From a bacterium (GTDB taxonomy: Bacteria > UBA8248): DNA of 64,000 bases. This document shows positions 43,344 to 53,246 of this stretch, one piece after another; the first letter of the stretch is position 1; each line of letters begins with the position of its first letter. The stretch lies in assembly GCA_965204535.1 (NCBI GenBank), contig CBDBEV010000001.1:1984001-2048000 (forward strand), read 5' to 3'. The notes under the pieces are model-generated. The model ran no database searches, was not told the DNA's origin, and saw nothing but the letters and a program-made list of their open reading frames with translations. The position numbers and the translations under genes are program-made.

Positions 43344-44002
43344 GTCAGAAATTGTTCGGCTCCGGGCCGGCAGAAGGGGTTGGTGGCTTTCTCGTGGCCG
43401 ATGGTGGTCTCAGGACCGTGGCCCGGATGCACGATAGTATCGTCAGGCAATGTGAGCAGTTGCGTCCGGATGCTGTTCAACAATACGCCGCCGTCGCCCA
43501 TGTAGAGGTCGGTCCGCCCGACCGAACCCGCGAAGAGCGCGTCGCCCACGATGGCGTGCCCCGGCTCGTCCCCGTCCCCCGGCCGGTAGAGGGTGACGTT
43601 GCCCGGCGCGTGCCCGTCGGTGAGCCTGATCTCGAATTCGAGGTTTCCCACCGGGATCGTCTCGCCGGGCGTGAGGTAAGCGTCCACCTCGGGGACGGGC
43701 GGTTCGGGGAACCCGTAGCCGCGCGCCGCGTTCGGGATGTTGCGCAGGTTGAAGAGTTCCGCCTCGTGGAGCCAGTAGGGGATACCGAGCTTTTCCTTCG
43801 CCTCCGCGACGCCCTCGGCGTGGTCGAGATGGGCGTGGGTGCCGATGATCCTGGTGAGGGTGAGGCCGTGCCCGCGGGCTACCGCGATGACGCGCTCCAC
43901 CTCCGCGCCCGGATCGACGTAGGCGCCCTCTTTCGTCTCTTCGCAGCCCACGACGTAGCTGTTCATCTGGAAGGGCCCGACGGGTATCCGCTCGAGGATC
44001 AA
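43340..44002 (-). CDS. MBL-fold metallo-hydrolase (glyoxalase II-like)
   Basis: THAHLDH, GHAPG, GDALF, PGHG; TTG start after AGAAAGGA. Confidence 0.9.
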   Translation of the reverse strand: MILERIPVGPFQMNSYVVGCEETKEGAYVDPGAEVERVIAVARGHGLTLTRIIGTHAHLDHAEGVAEAKEKLGIPYWLHEAELFNLRNIPNAARGYGFPEPPVPEVDAYLTPGETIPVGNLEFEIRLTDGHAPGNVTLYRPGDGDEPGHAIVGDALFAGSVGRTDLYMGDGGVLLNSIRTQLLTLPDDTIVHPGHGPETTIGHEKATNPFCRPGAEQFLT

Positions 44003-44049
44003 GAAGGTGTCCTTTCTCTGAACGCGGTGCGGGGGCGCCCGCCCGCTAG

Positions 44050-44234
44050 GGAACTGTTGAAAAGCCCTCTTCGCACGGAATTGACCACCGCCGTCATTGT
44101 CGCTTCTGTTGTAGGGGCCGCATATATGCGGCCCTCCCCGTTCGTGGCATGCGGGTCGCATGTATGCGACCCCTACACTGATGTGGTATCCCGTCGCCGT
44201 CATACCGGCATTGCGGGGGTTTTTCAACAGCCCC
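44050..44234 (-). mobile_element. MITE (~185 bp) with IS1182-like IRs carrying an inverted GTAG REP pair
   Basis: Ends GGAACTGTTGAAAAG and TTTTTCAACAGCCCC; internal GTAGGGGCCGCATATATGCGGCCC and GGGTCGCATGTATGCGACCCCTAC; end sequences inverted relative to the 15550 copy. Confidence 0.8.
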
Positions 44235-44235
44235 C

Positions 44236-45135
44236 TTAGGAATCGGGGGGGAAGATGACGATTTCGATCCTGCGGTTCGTCCGCCGGCCCTCGCGCGTGT
44301 TGTTGTCGGCGATCGGGCGGAACTCGCCCATCCCCGCTCCCGAGACCCGGCGCGGGTCGAGGTTGCCCACCTCGACGAAATAGCGCAGCACCCGCGTGGC
44401 GCGCGCGGCGGAGAGCTCCCAGTTCGTCTCCCAGCGCTCCGCGAGGCGATCGGATATCTGCACGTTGTCGGTGTGGCCCTGCACCTGCACCTCGCGGTTC
44501 GAGTAGCGGCGCAGAAGGCTCGAGAACTTCACGAGCAGGGCCTTGCTCTCGGAACGGACTTTGGCGCTTCCCGACTTGAAGAGGATGGCGCTCGCGATGC
44601 TGATGATCACCCGGTCGCCGGCGCGCCGCACCTCCACGGTTCCGCGGCGTCGTTCTCTCGAGAACTGCGCCTTCATGTCCTTTTCGAGCTGGATCTGGAA
44701 GCGAATCCTGTCCTCGAAGCGCAGGAGTTTTTTTTGCGTGGCGACGAGGTTTTTCTGAAGCTCCCGGACCCGCGCACGCGAGTTCTCGTAAGCGCGCTCG
44801 AAGCGCCCGGCCTTCTTGGCGCTCTCGGTCTGCTGCGACTGCTGGGCGGTCAACTGCGCGCGCAGGTCGGCCACGCGCGTCTCCGTCTGCTGGCTGTGGC
44901 GCCTGGCCATGGTGAGGGACTGGCTGAGTTCCTGGGTTTCCAGGTCTTTTTGCTTGATCCGTCCTTCGAGTTCCTCGACGTTCCGGCGAAGCCCGTCGAT
45001 CCGGCTCTGTTGATCCGAAAGCTCCTTCCTGAGGCCGGCGGCTTCATCCGTCTTTCGCTCGTAGTCTTCGATGCCCACGCATCCGGTGGACAGGGCGGCG
45101 GCGAGGAATAAAATTACGGGGCGATGCGTCTGCAT
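44236..45135 (-). CDS. OmpA/MotB-family lipoprotein with coiled coil
   Basis: Lipobox LSTGC; GHTDN, NWELSAARA, NRRIEI. Confidence 0.88.
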   Translation of the reverse strand: MQTHRPVILFLAAALSTGCVGIEDYERKTDEAAGLRKELSDQQSRIDGLRRNVEELEGRIKQKDLETQELSQSLTMARRHSQQTETRVADLRAQLTAQQSQQTESAKKAGRFERAYENSRARVRELQKNLVATQKKLLRFEDRIRFQIQLEKDMKAQFSRERRRGTVEVRRAGDRVIISIASAILFKSGSAKVRSESKALLVKFSSLLRRYSNREVQVQGHTDNVQISDRLAERWETNWELSAARATRVLRYFVEVGNLDPRRVSGAGMGEFRPIADNNTREGRRTNRRIEIVIFPPDS

Positions 45136-46176
45136 TCAGTTTCCTCCTCCGGACATGAAGCGGTTGGCGTCGGCGACGTCGCGCTTGCTGCCGACGATGA
45201 AGGGAATGCGCTGGTGCAGTTTTTCGGGCTGGATCTCCATCACCCTGCGGCGGCCGTCGCTCGCGGCACCCCCCGCCTGTTCCGCGATGAAGGACATCGG
45301 GTTGCACTCGTAGAGAAGGCGCAGCTTGCCGGCCGGGTTTTTCCTGTCGCCCGGATAGAGGAAGATGCCGCCCTTGAGCAGGTTTCTGTGGAAATCGGCC
45401 ACCAGCGAGCCGATGTAGCGGCCCGAATAGGGGCGTCCCGAATCGGCGTCCTCGTCTTTCAAATACGCGACGTAGCGGGAGGTGGATTCGTCCCACTTCG
45501 AGGAGTTGCCCTCGTTGATGCTGTATATCTTCCCGCGCTCGGGAATACGGATGTCGGGATGGGAGAGGAAGAACTCGCCCACCGAGGGGTCGAGGGTGAA
45601 GCCGTCGACGCCGTTGCCCGTGGTGTAGACCAGCATGGTGGAGGAGCCGTAGATGACGTAGCCCGCGCAGACCTGCTCGATGCCCGGCTGGAGGAAGTCG
45701 TCGAGTTCCGTGGGGCCGCTCTCCCCCCTGCGGCGCAGGATGGAGAAGATCGAGCCGATGCTCACGTTCACGTCGATGTTCGAGGAGCCGTCCAGCGGGT
45801 CGTAGAGCACCACGTATTCGCCGCCCTCCACGTATTTGCCGGGGACGACATAGACTTCCTCCATCTCCTCGCTCGCCAGGGCGGCCACCGAACCCGTGTG
45901 GTCGAGGGCCCTTCGCATCACGTCGTTCGCGTATTCATCGAGCTTCTGGACTTCCTCGCCCTGCACGTTCATCTCGCCGGTCAGCCCGAGGATGTCCACG
46001 AGGCCCGCCTTGTTGACCTCGGCGTTGATGATCTTGGCGGCCAGGGTGATCTGCGTGACGAGGCGGGTGAAGAGCCCCCGCGCGCCCGGGTGGTTTCGCT
46101 CCTCCTCGCGGATGTGGCGCTCGAGCGTCATTCCCTTGAAGCTTGTGCTGGCGACGGTAGCGGCTTCCTGCTGCAT
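45136..46176 (-). CDS. fbp: Fructose-1,6-bisphosphatase class 1
   Basis: GEEVQKLD, DPLDGSSN, RYIGSLVAD, GKLRLLYE. Confidence 0.95.
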   Translation of the reverse strand: MQQEAATVASTSFKGMTLERHIREEERNHPGARGLFTRLVTQITLAAKIINAEVNKAGLVDILGLTGEMNVQGEEVQKLDEYANDVMRRALDHTGSVAALASEEMEEVYVVPGKYVEGGEYVVLYDPLDGSSNIDVNVSIGSIFSILRRRGESGPTELDDFLQPGIEQVCAGYVIYGSSTMLVYTTGNGVDGFTLDPSVGEFFLSHPDIRIPERGKIYSINEGNSSKWDESTSRYVAYLKDEDADSGRPYSGRYIGSLVADFHRNLLKGGIFLYPGDRKNPAGKLRLLYECNPMSFIAEQAGGAASDGRRRVMEIQPEKLHQRIPFIVGSKRDVADANRFMSGGGN

Positions 46177-46213
46177 CCTCTCTCCTGTCCTTCGCGGGCG
46201 GTCGCTCCTCCGG

Positions 46214-47242
46214 CTACGCGGCGGCGACTTCTCCTTCCATCGCGTCCTCATACGCTCCGGTTCGCGCGGCGCCGTTGCACTTGCACCGGTGGAGGAAGAG
46301 CCTCTGGGCGAGGGGTACGTTCGCCGCATCGCCGCCCCAGCCCTTGAGCGCCGGCGCCTGTAGCGCGCGGCCGTAGGAGAAGCTGAGTTCCCAGGGGTGG
46401 GGGCCCATCGCGTTCATCGCATTCAGGTGCGCGGTGGCGACGGCGTCGCTCTGCCCGCCCGAGAGGAAGCAGATGCCGGGCACGGCGGCGGGCACGTTTC
46501 TCGTGAGAGAGCGCACCGTGGCCTCGGCCACTTCTCCCACGCCCGCCTGGACCGGGCATCCCTTGCCCGAGATCACCATGTTGGGTTTGAGGATCATGCC
46601 CTCGAGCGAGACGCGGTGTTGGTGCAGGGCACCGAAGACGCTCTCGAGCGTCTCGTTCGTCACTTGCTCGCAGACCTCGATGGTGTTGTCCGCGTCCATG
46701 AGCACCTCGGGCTCCACGATGGGCACGAGGCCCGCTTCTTGGGAGAGCGCGGCGTAGCGCGCGAGGCCGTGCGCGTTGGCCTCGATGCAGTACGCCGAGG
46801 GGATCCCCTCGCCGATGGTGATGACGGCGCGCCACTTGGTGAACGTGGCCCCGAGCGTGACGTATTCCGCCAGCCGCTCGCGCAGGCCGTCGAGACCCTC
46901 GGTGACCTTCTCGCCCGGTGCGAAGGCCAGGTCCTTGGCTCCCTTGTCGACCTTGATGCCGGGGAGGATGCCGCGCGAGTCGAGCAGCGCGCCGAAGTTC
47001 GTTCCGTCCGAAGCGCTCTGGCGCAGCGTCTCGTCGAAGAGGATGACGCCGCTGATGTATTCCTCGATTCCCTCCGTCGTGAAGAGAAGCTCGCGGTAGG
47101 CGCGCCGGTTCTCCTCGGTGGATTCGACGCCGATGCTGTCGAGGCGCTTTTGGATCGTGCCCGAACTCTCGTCCGCCGCGAGGATGCCCTTGCCGGGCGC
47201 CACCATCTGCTCGGCGATTTTCGCCAGGTCGTTCGTGCTCAT
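46214..47242 (-). CDS. Fructose-bisphosphate aldolase class I (animal/plant type)
   Basis: GKGILAADES, GIKVDKG, KWRAV, PIVEPEV, LKPNM, SYGRALQ. Confidence 0.93.
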   Translation of the reverse strand: MSTNDLAKIAEQMVAPGKGILAADESSGTIQKRLDSIGVESTEENRRAYRELLFTTEGIEEYISGVILFDETLRQSASDGTNFGALLDSRGILPGIKVDKGAKDLAFAPGEKVTEGLDGLRERLAEYVTLGATFTKWRAVITIGEGIPSAYCIEANAHGLARYAALSQEAGLVPIVEPEVLMDADNTIEVCEQVTNETLESVFGALHQHRVSLEGMILKPNMVISGKGCPVQAGVGEVAEATVRSLTRNVPAAVPGICFLSGGQSDAVATAHLNAMNAMGPHPWELSFSYGRALQAPALKGWGGDAANVPLAQRLFLHRCKCNGAARTGAYEDAMEGEVAAA

Positions 47243-47586
47243 GATTTTGCTCCTGCTGGAATTGCCATGAGGTGAAGAAGTTATATGAAATTCCCCCATC
47301 CGGGGGAGTTACCCGCGATTCGCCGGTTTTGGATTCGCCGCTGCGGCCCTTGAATCCGGGCTGCTGAACGGCCCGCACGGCGTTCGATCTGTTGGTTTGG
47401 AACGAAACAACCCATCGCGCGTGGAGGATAACAAAACCATGCCGAAGAAGAAACCGCCGCGCGGGTGGAAATCATTTTCACATCGTGGTCGAATGGGTTT
47501 TCCCGCCCGGGTGGAGAGGTTCCAGTTGCCCCGTATTCCATGTGTGCGCTTAGTGGATTTCATCTCAGTAGATTAGAGAGTTTACG

Positions 47587-48126
47587 TTGACTAATGAGTT
47601 TGAATGGCAAGAGGACCTACCGGTTGAGGCTCAGCAAAATCGAGAGATGTTCGCTCGCTTCGGGTTGGCGGTATATCGCGCGCAGTGTTTGGAACGCCAA
47701 ATCAAATTGATGCTTGGATCTATGTACAATCAAGGTTTTTTACGAGGTTTGCCTGCGGATTGGGAACACTTCCTTGATGAAGAATCAATTAAGAAAACCT
47801 TAGGACAAATGGTAAATGAACTTAAGGGCAAGACAAGCTTGTCACCGACGCTTGAAGCCAGATTGGTTGAAGCAGTTACACTCCGAAACGGGCTTATCCA
47901 CGATTATTTTCGGGTACATGAGAGAGATATGCTTATCTTAGATGAACGGGAGAAAATGATTTCTGAACTTCAAAAGAAGGGAGATTTTTTACAAGAACTA
48001 GATAGGGAACTCATGGAAATATGGAAGAATTGGATGTGTAGTATGGGTGTATCAAGAGAAAAAATTGAATCGGAAATAGAAAATTATATCCGGGAAATAA
48101 TCTCCAGCAATAGAAAAGATGTATGA
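47587..48126 (+). CDS. Low-GC hypothetical protein, HEPN-like
   Basis: Helical; AQCLE, TLGQM, RNGLIHDY (RX4H). Confidence 0.6.
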   Translation: MTNEFEWQEDLPVEAQQNREMFARFGLAVYRAQCLERQIKLMLGSMYNQGFLRGLPADWEHFLDEESIKKTLGQMVNELKGKTSLSPTLEARLVEAVTLRNGLIHDYFRVHERDMLILDEREKMISELQKKGDFLQELDRELMEIWKNWMCSMGVSREKIESEIENYIREIISSNRKDV

Positions 48127-48234
48127 AAGGATGAATTGTTCTGACAATTCATTTTGGTCGTATCTTAAACGTGTTTCCGCTTATTTTGGGAATTCTCTTT
48201 TAGCAAACGTTTTGCAATGCCTGGGCAAGCACCC

Positions 48235-49389
48235 ATGAGCGCGCAGACCACAGGCGCTGTCCCCTTCTGGCGGATGCCCGCGTTTTATTTCCTGCATTTT
48301 TTCGCCGTCGGCGTCATGCTCCCGTTCCTGAACATCTTTTATCATTCCGTTGGCGTGGGCGGGTTCCAGCTCGGCCTGCTGAACGCGGCGCCGCGTCTGT
48401 CGAGCGCGGTAGCACCCCCGCTGTTCGGGGCGCTCGCGGACAAGTTCCGCCTGGGCAGAAGCGTGGCCTTCACGTGCGCCGTAGCGAGTTCTCTTTTAGC
48501 TCTTCTTCTTTGGGGGGCGAGCGGTTTTATCGCCCTGCTCATATTGATCACGCTCTTCTCCGCTTTGAGAGCCCCTCTCGTGCCGATAGCCGAGAACCTT
48601 TGCCTGCGCGAGATAGAGGCCACCGGCGCGCAGTACGGCCGGGTGCGCCTGTGGGGGTCGCTGGGTTTCATCGTCGCGGCGATGGGCGCGGGCCGCCTGG
48701 TCGAGACCACCGGGGTCGCCTCCATCTTTCCGTTCGTGGCGGGCGTAGGCCTTCTTCTCGTCTTCGTGATTTTTTTTCTACCGAGAGAGACGGGCCGCGC
48801 GCGCCCGCGCTTCCGGGCCGACCTGGGGTTGTTGCTCAAAAGCCGCCCGCTCGCCGTCTTCCTCCTCACCACGACGTTCGCCTCGATTTCCGCAGGGCCT
48901 TTCGGGATTTATTTCAGCATCAGGCTGAAGGAGCTTGGGCTATCGGCGGACCTGATCGCCCTCGCGTGGACGGTGGGCGTGGTGAGCGAAATCGTTTTTC
49001 TCATCTACGCGCAGGCCATCCAGAAAAGGTTCGGCCTCAAGTGGATGATCGCCGCCGGCATGATCGCCGCCGGGCTCCGTTGGGAGTTCGTCGCCCTCAC
49101 GACGGATGCGGTTTTGCTCATCCTCATCCAGCTTCTGCACGGCGTCGCCTTCGGCGTCTTTCACGCGGGCGCGATTCAGTACGTCGACCGCCTGAGCAGT
49201 GCGGCGACGAAGAACACAGCGCAATCCCTCTACAGCGCCGCCACCTGGGGGGTCGGCTCCACGCTCGGCGCGCTGCTGGCGGGCTGGCTGCTCCCGATAT
49301 GGGGGTTCGTGACCCTGCTCCACGTCGCCGCGGGAATAGCGCTTTGCGCGGGGCTGGCCTTCGCCGCCTTCGGCGAGAACGTGAAGTGA
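48235..49389 (+). CDS. MFS transporter (HcaT/MFS_1-like)
   Basis: About 12 TM helices; YGRVRLWGSLGF, QLLHG. Confidence 0.88.
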   Translation: MSAQTTGAVPFWRMPAFYFLHFFAVGVMLPFLNIFYHSVGVGGFQLGLLNAAPRLSSAVAPPLFGALADKFRLGRSVAFTCAVASSLLALLLWGASGFIALLILITLFSALRAPLVPIAENLCLREIEATGAQYGRVRLWGSLGFIVAAMGAGRLVETTGVASIFPFVAGVGLLLVFVIFFLPRETGRARPRFRADLGLLLKSRPLAVFLLTTTFASISAGPFGIYFSIRLKELGLSADLIALAWTVGVVSEIVFLIYAQAIQKRFGLKWMIAAGMIAAGLRWEFVALTTDAVLLILIQLLHGVAFGVFHAGAIQYVDRLSSAATKNTAQSLYSAATWGVGSTLGALLAGWLLPIWGFVTLLHVAAGIALCAGLAFAAFGENVK

Positions 49390-49533
49390 AGTCGCGCGAG
49401 AGGCAGGCATCGATGGATGCGCCGCTTCGGTGGTGCCGCGCTCGCGCTGGACGACCTCTCGCTTCGTGTGGGAGTATGGCGCGCTCCCTTATTGAAGGCG
49501 CGAGGTGAAACGAGGGAGACGAGGGATTAAAAA

Positions 49534-50013
49534 ATGACCGAAAAGACCCTGTATCTGGCGAGTCCGTACGGCTTTTCCCTGCAGCAGCGCGAGGGGCCCC
49601 TGAAGGAGCTCGTGGCGGCGCTCGAGGGTTTGGGCGCTGAGGTGTGGGAGCCGTTTACGCGCAACAACCAGCCCGAGATGCTCGCGCGCCCCGGCTGGGC
49701 GTACCGCGTCGGGCAGAACGACATGCGCGACGTGCGCGATGCGGCGGGCTTTTTCGGTGTGGTGAACGGCTGTCCGCCCGATGAGGGCGTGATGGTGGAA
49801 CTCGGCATGGCGGTCGCCTGGGGGAAACCCGTATTCCTGTTCCGCGATGATTTCAGGCGCTCCACCGATTGCGAAGCCTATCCGCTGAACCTCATGATAT
49901 TCACCGGCCTGCCCGAAGTCGGCTGGGAGGCCTACTTCTACACCTCGCTCGATGAGATCGCAGACCCCGAGAAGGCCCTCGCGCGGTGGCTGAGAGACGA
50001 GCCGTTGTTGTGA
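49534..50013 (+). CDS. Nucleoside 2-deoxyribosyltransferase family protein
   Basis: YLASPYGF, DEGVMVELGMA, NLM. Confidence 0.88.
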   Translation: MTEKTLYLASPYGFSLQQREGPLKELVAALEGLGAEVWEPFTRNNQPEMLARPGWAYRVGQNDMRDVRDAAGFFGVVNGCPPDEGVMVELGMAVAWGKPVFLFRDDFRRSTDCEAYPLNLMIFTGLPEVGWEAYFYTSLDEIADPEKALARWLRDEPLL

Positions 50014-50064
50014 GTGGAGGTTGGATGTGGAGTATGATAGATAATCCTTTGAGAGGGAATATCT

Positions 50065-50835
50065 ATGCACTCGCATCATCGTTACAAAAATCCACCCATA
50101 GAAGAAGCGCTTTGTGAATTCCATTTTCAATCGGAGCAAGATTGGGATCCCACGATTCCTGGCAAATTACACAGCAAAGTTGTTGATAAATATGCTGGCA
50201 AGCCTCGGCAGCAAAAGGTCGTCGATGTAGGATTACAAATCCAGAAAGACAAACCTCCCAATCTAAGTTATGGCGAAGGGCTAGCACGGGTTCAGCTTGT
50301 CACAGAGAATGGAAAGAGAATGGTTGGGGTTGGACAAAATGTACTTAGCATTCACATGCTACGTCCTTATCAAGACTCTCAACATCCCGAGCACAGTGGA
50401 TGGGACGAGTTTCAGTCTCGAATCAAGCAGGCACTCGACGCGTATTGGAAAGTAGCGGAACCAAGAGGGATATTACGAATCGGTATTCGATATATCAATA
50501 AGATAGTGATTCCACAGGCGAAGGTGGAGGTTAACGACTACCTGAAATGTGCTCCGCCGGATGTAATTGAATTGCCGGATAGAATGAGAAACTATGGTAG
50601 CCGCGTGGAATATGTTTACGATGATGGAGTGCGTTTAGTCCTATCCAATGGTTTGATCAACGCGCCAATGAACAATATCGGACTAGTACTCGATCTTGAT
50701 GTCATTTGGGAAAATGCTACTCCAGTTATGAAAGATAAAGCAATGACGAAAGTAGAAGATCTGCGTAATCGCGAAAGAACTGCATTTGAAGCTGTTATTA
50801 CTGATAAAGCCAGGAAACTCTTCGATGCTGAGTGA
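50065..50835 (+). CDS. TIGR04255-family protein
   Basis: YKNPPIEEALCEF, RIGIRYINKI, LDLDV, FEAVIT. Confidence 0.8.
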   Translation: MHSHHRYKNPPIEEALCEFHFQSEQDWDPTIPGKLHSKVVDKYAGKPRQQKVVDVGLQIQKDKPPNLSYGEGLARVQLVTENGKRMVGVGQNVLSIHMLRPYQDSQHPEHSGWDEFQSRIKQALDAYWKVAEPRGILRIGIRYINKIVIPQAKVEVNDYLKCAPPDVIELPDRMRNYGSRVEYVYDDGVRLVLSNGLINAPMNNIGLVLDLDVIWENATPVMKDKAMTKVEDLRNRERTAFEAVITDKARKLFDAE

Positions 50836-51550
50836 AACTTACGAGCCATTGTCTTCCAGCGCTTCCACTTTAGACAACGACATTTTCGCTAATCTCCATC
50901 AATCGGGCATGCCTGATGATGATTTACCCTGGCTGGCTCCCGGAAAAGAATCACTTGGGGTCTCTGAAGCGGCTGTGTTGTTGGGAAAAGGAGTGAACGC
51001 CCCTGTGCGTAGTTCGTACTTAAAGTGGCAAATTGCGGGTGTGGGAGGCATGTTATTGGATGAGCAACTTTTCCCTATGCTCTTGGATATAGCCTGTTTC
51101 GAGCCGGAAACGAAACCGCAGACACTTATCGAGGATCAAGAACAACTACGACTTGCCACTAAATTGCAAGTGAGCTTTGAAGCTGATCCTCTGGAAGATG
51201 GGATGAGTCACCCTGCTGAACAAATTATTGAGGAGGCGTTGCGCAGTACAGAAGAGCGAAAGGTACTCGATTGGTTAAGAGTCTTGTCGTTGGATACTGA
51301 GTATCCAGGATTCTCTGCATCTGTTCTGCGGTGCCTAGGACGTCAGGCGGGGCCGGGCACGAGTTCATGGCGCACCGAATTCGTGCGCGATGCGTTGGCA
51401 TCGGATGATGTAGAGATTAGAGACGCTGCAGCACAAGCAGCGGAGTTGTGGGGCGACTTGGGGTTGATAGAAGTTCTGCAGTCGCACTTAGAAACGGAAC
51501 CATGGCTTCGAGACTACATTCAGGACATCATCGATAATTTACAGGAGTAG
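50825..51550 (+). CDS. Hypothetical protein with HEAT-like C-terminus
   Basis: Start overlaps the upstream gene end; ALASDDVEIRDAAAQAAELWG. Confidence 0.65.
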   Translation: MLSETYEPLSSSASTLDNDIFANLHQSGMPDDDLPWLAPGKESLGVSEAAVLLGKGVNAPVRSSYLKWQIAGVGGMLLDEQLFPMLLDIACFEPETKPQTLIEDQEQLRLATKLQVSFEADPLEDGMSHPAEQIIEEALRSTEERKVLDWLRVLSLDTEYPGFSASVLRCLGRQAGPGTSSWRTEFVRDALASDDVEIRDAAAQAAELWGDLGLIEVLQSHLETEPWLRDYIQDIIDNLQE

Positions 51551-51553
51551 GTG

Positions 51554-52069
51554 ATGTTCCTGGCTCGCAAAATCTCCCGCGCAAAGTGGGGGCCTAAGAA
51601 AGGGTTGTCGAAAGACGAAATCCAGGCTGACGCGATAACCGGGGATATGCGGACAAAAGACAATGCGTTGTCCTTTTGGGAGTGCGGTGACGGAGCAGAA
51701 ACTGAAGTCGAAGAGGTAGCGTTAGTGCTCGCCGCCGCTAGCGAACGTATAGACAAGATTGACATCGTTTGGCTTTCCGATGATGAGCTAAGAGCTGATG
51801 GTCATTCTTTAAACCATACCAAAGGACGTACACCCGTCAAGGAATTGATTGAACGGCACGTCGATGTTTCCCGGCTTGACTATAGCCGTCTCGGGAAAGT
51901 TGCTTCTCGTGTGGTAAATGCAATCGAACAAAAACACTTCCGTCGTCTTGCGAAAGACCGTGTTAAAAATCTTCTTGTAGCGGCAGTCAAAGAAAACCGG
52001 GTCGAACTCGCCGACCTTGAGGAGCGTGTTCGAACAGAAGTGTGCGAATTACTCGAAACGAAGCAATAA
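51554..52069 (+). CDS. Hypothetical protein, possible ADP-ribosyltransferase-like toxin
   Basis: LARK...LSFW...HVDV pattern; RBS CAGGAG. Confidence 0.55.
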   Translation: MFLARKISRAKWGPKKGLSKDEIQADAITGDMRTKDNALSFWECGDGAETEVEEVALVLAAASERIDKIDIVWLSDDELRADGHSLNHTKGRTPVKELIERHVDVSRLDYSRLGKVASRVVNAIEQKHFRRLAKDRVKNLLVAAVKENRVELADLEERVRTEVCELLETKQ

Positions 52070-52238
52070 AATCTCTCTTAATGTTCAGCTTTGACTTCCA
52101 AATGTAGGTATTGAGCTAGTTTTATCCCAAATTGCGAATTCATTTCGGCAGCTCATATCTCTCCCATACCGCTTTGTTTGACACGCTATTTGGCAGGAAA
52201 TTAAAGACAGTCAGAAGGCTTGCCGAGAACCCAGAAGT

Positions 52239-52469
52239 TCACCTCTTCCTGATAACAACGCGCACGCGGCCCTCGTCATCCGGCGTTGCGCTCCGGATGG
52301 TGTGGCCCTCGGCGGCGGCGCTTCCGGAGACGCTGGTGGCGGCCTCGCCGGGGTCGAGCCATACTTCGAGCGTATCGCCCGGCGCCATCGCCTCGAGCGC
52401 GAGCTTGGTTCGCACCCAGTTCATGGGGCAGAGTTCGCCCGTGAGGTCGATGGTTTTGGCGCGGCTCAT
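52239..52469 (-). CDS. TusA/SirA family sulfur carrier
   Basis: IDLTGELCP, GDTLEVWLD. Confidence 0.85.
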   Translation of the reverse strand: MSRAKTIDLTGELCPMNWVRTKLALEAMAPGDTLEVWLDPGEAATSVSGSAAAEGHTIRSATPDDEGRVRVVIRKR

Positions 52470-52496
52470 TTTCAGGCTCCTCGTGAGGTTCGTCCG

Positions 52497-53231
52497 ATGT
52501 CCGATATTGCCATCTTTTTGACCGGAACGGGAACCGGCGTGGGAAAGACGGTGGCGGGCTGCGTCATCGCGGCCCGTTGGGCGGCTGATGAAAGAAGCCC
52601 CAGGATGATGAAGCCCGCCGAATCGGGCTGCTCCCGCGAGGGCGGGCGCCTCGTTCCCGCAGACGCCCTCGCCTTAAAGACGGCGTCGGGCGATCCGAGG
52701 CCGCTGGAGGAGATTTGCCCCTACAGATACGAAGTCCCACTCACGCCCGCTCATGCGGCGGAACGCGAGGGCGCGCCGCCGGATGCGGGGCGCATCGCCG
52801 CGCAGGTAGAGGCGCTCAAAAAAGAAGGCGGCCCCCTGCTCGTCGAGGGGGCGGGCGGTCTTCTCGCCCCTTTGGCCGAAGGCGTCTTGATGAGCGATCT
52901 GGCGCGCCGCGCGAATCTGGCCTTGGTGATAGTCGCCCCGCTGGGGCTGGGAACCATCAACCATACCCTTTTGAGCGTGCGGGAGGCGAAGAGGCAGGGT
53001 CTTGCGATTCTGGGCGTCATCCTCGCCGACACGACGGGAGAGGCCACGCCGGCGACGAAGCGAAATCCTGCCGCCATCGCCGAGCTTTGCGGGGCGGACG
53101 CCCCGCTGTTGGGTGTGATCCCCTATCTGGCGGATGTAGAAGAGATTATCGCGCGCGCCGCCCCGGGAACCGAGGCCGCAGGCAGGCTCCTGCGTCTGGC
53201 GGAGGGCTTGAGGCTGGAAGCGCTCGGCTAG
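52497..53231 (+). CDS. bioD: Dethiobiotin synthase
   Basis: TGTGTGVGKT, KPAESG, VEGAGG, LGTINHTLL. Confidence 0.93.
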   Translation: MSDIAIFLTGTGTGVGKTVAGCVIAARWAADERSPRMMKPAESGCSREGGRLVPADALALKTASGDPRPLEEICPYRYEVPLTPAHAAEREGAPPDAGRIAAQVEALKKEGGPLLVEGAGGLLAPLAEGVLMSDLARRANLALVIVAPLGLGTINHTLLSVREAKRQGLAILGVILADTTGEATPATKRNPAAIAELCGADAPLLGVIPYLADVEEIIARAAPGTEAAGRLLRLAEGLRLEALG

Positions 53232-53246
53232 CGGAGTGAATTCCTG

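Noticed and set aside
49534-50013. Nucleoside deoxyribosyltransferase as part of the TIGR04255 module
   Set aside because: It has host-like high GC, unlike the three following low-GC genes, so adjacency is probably incidental
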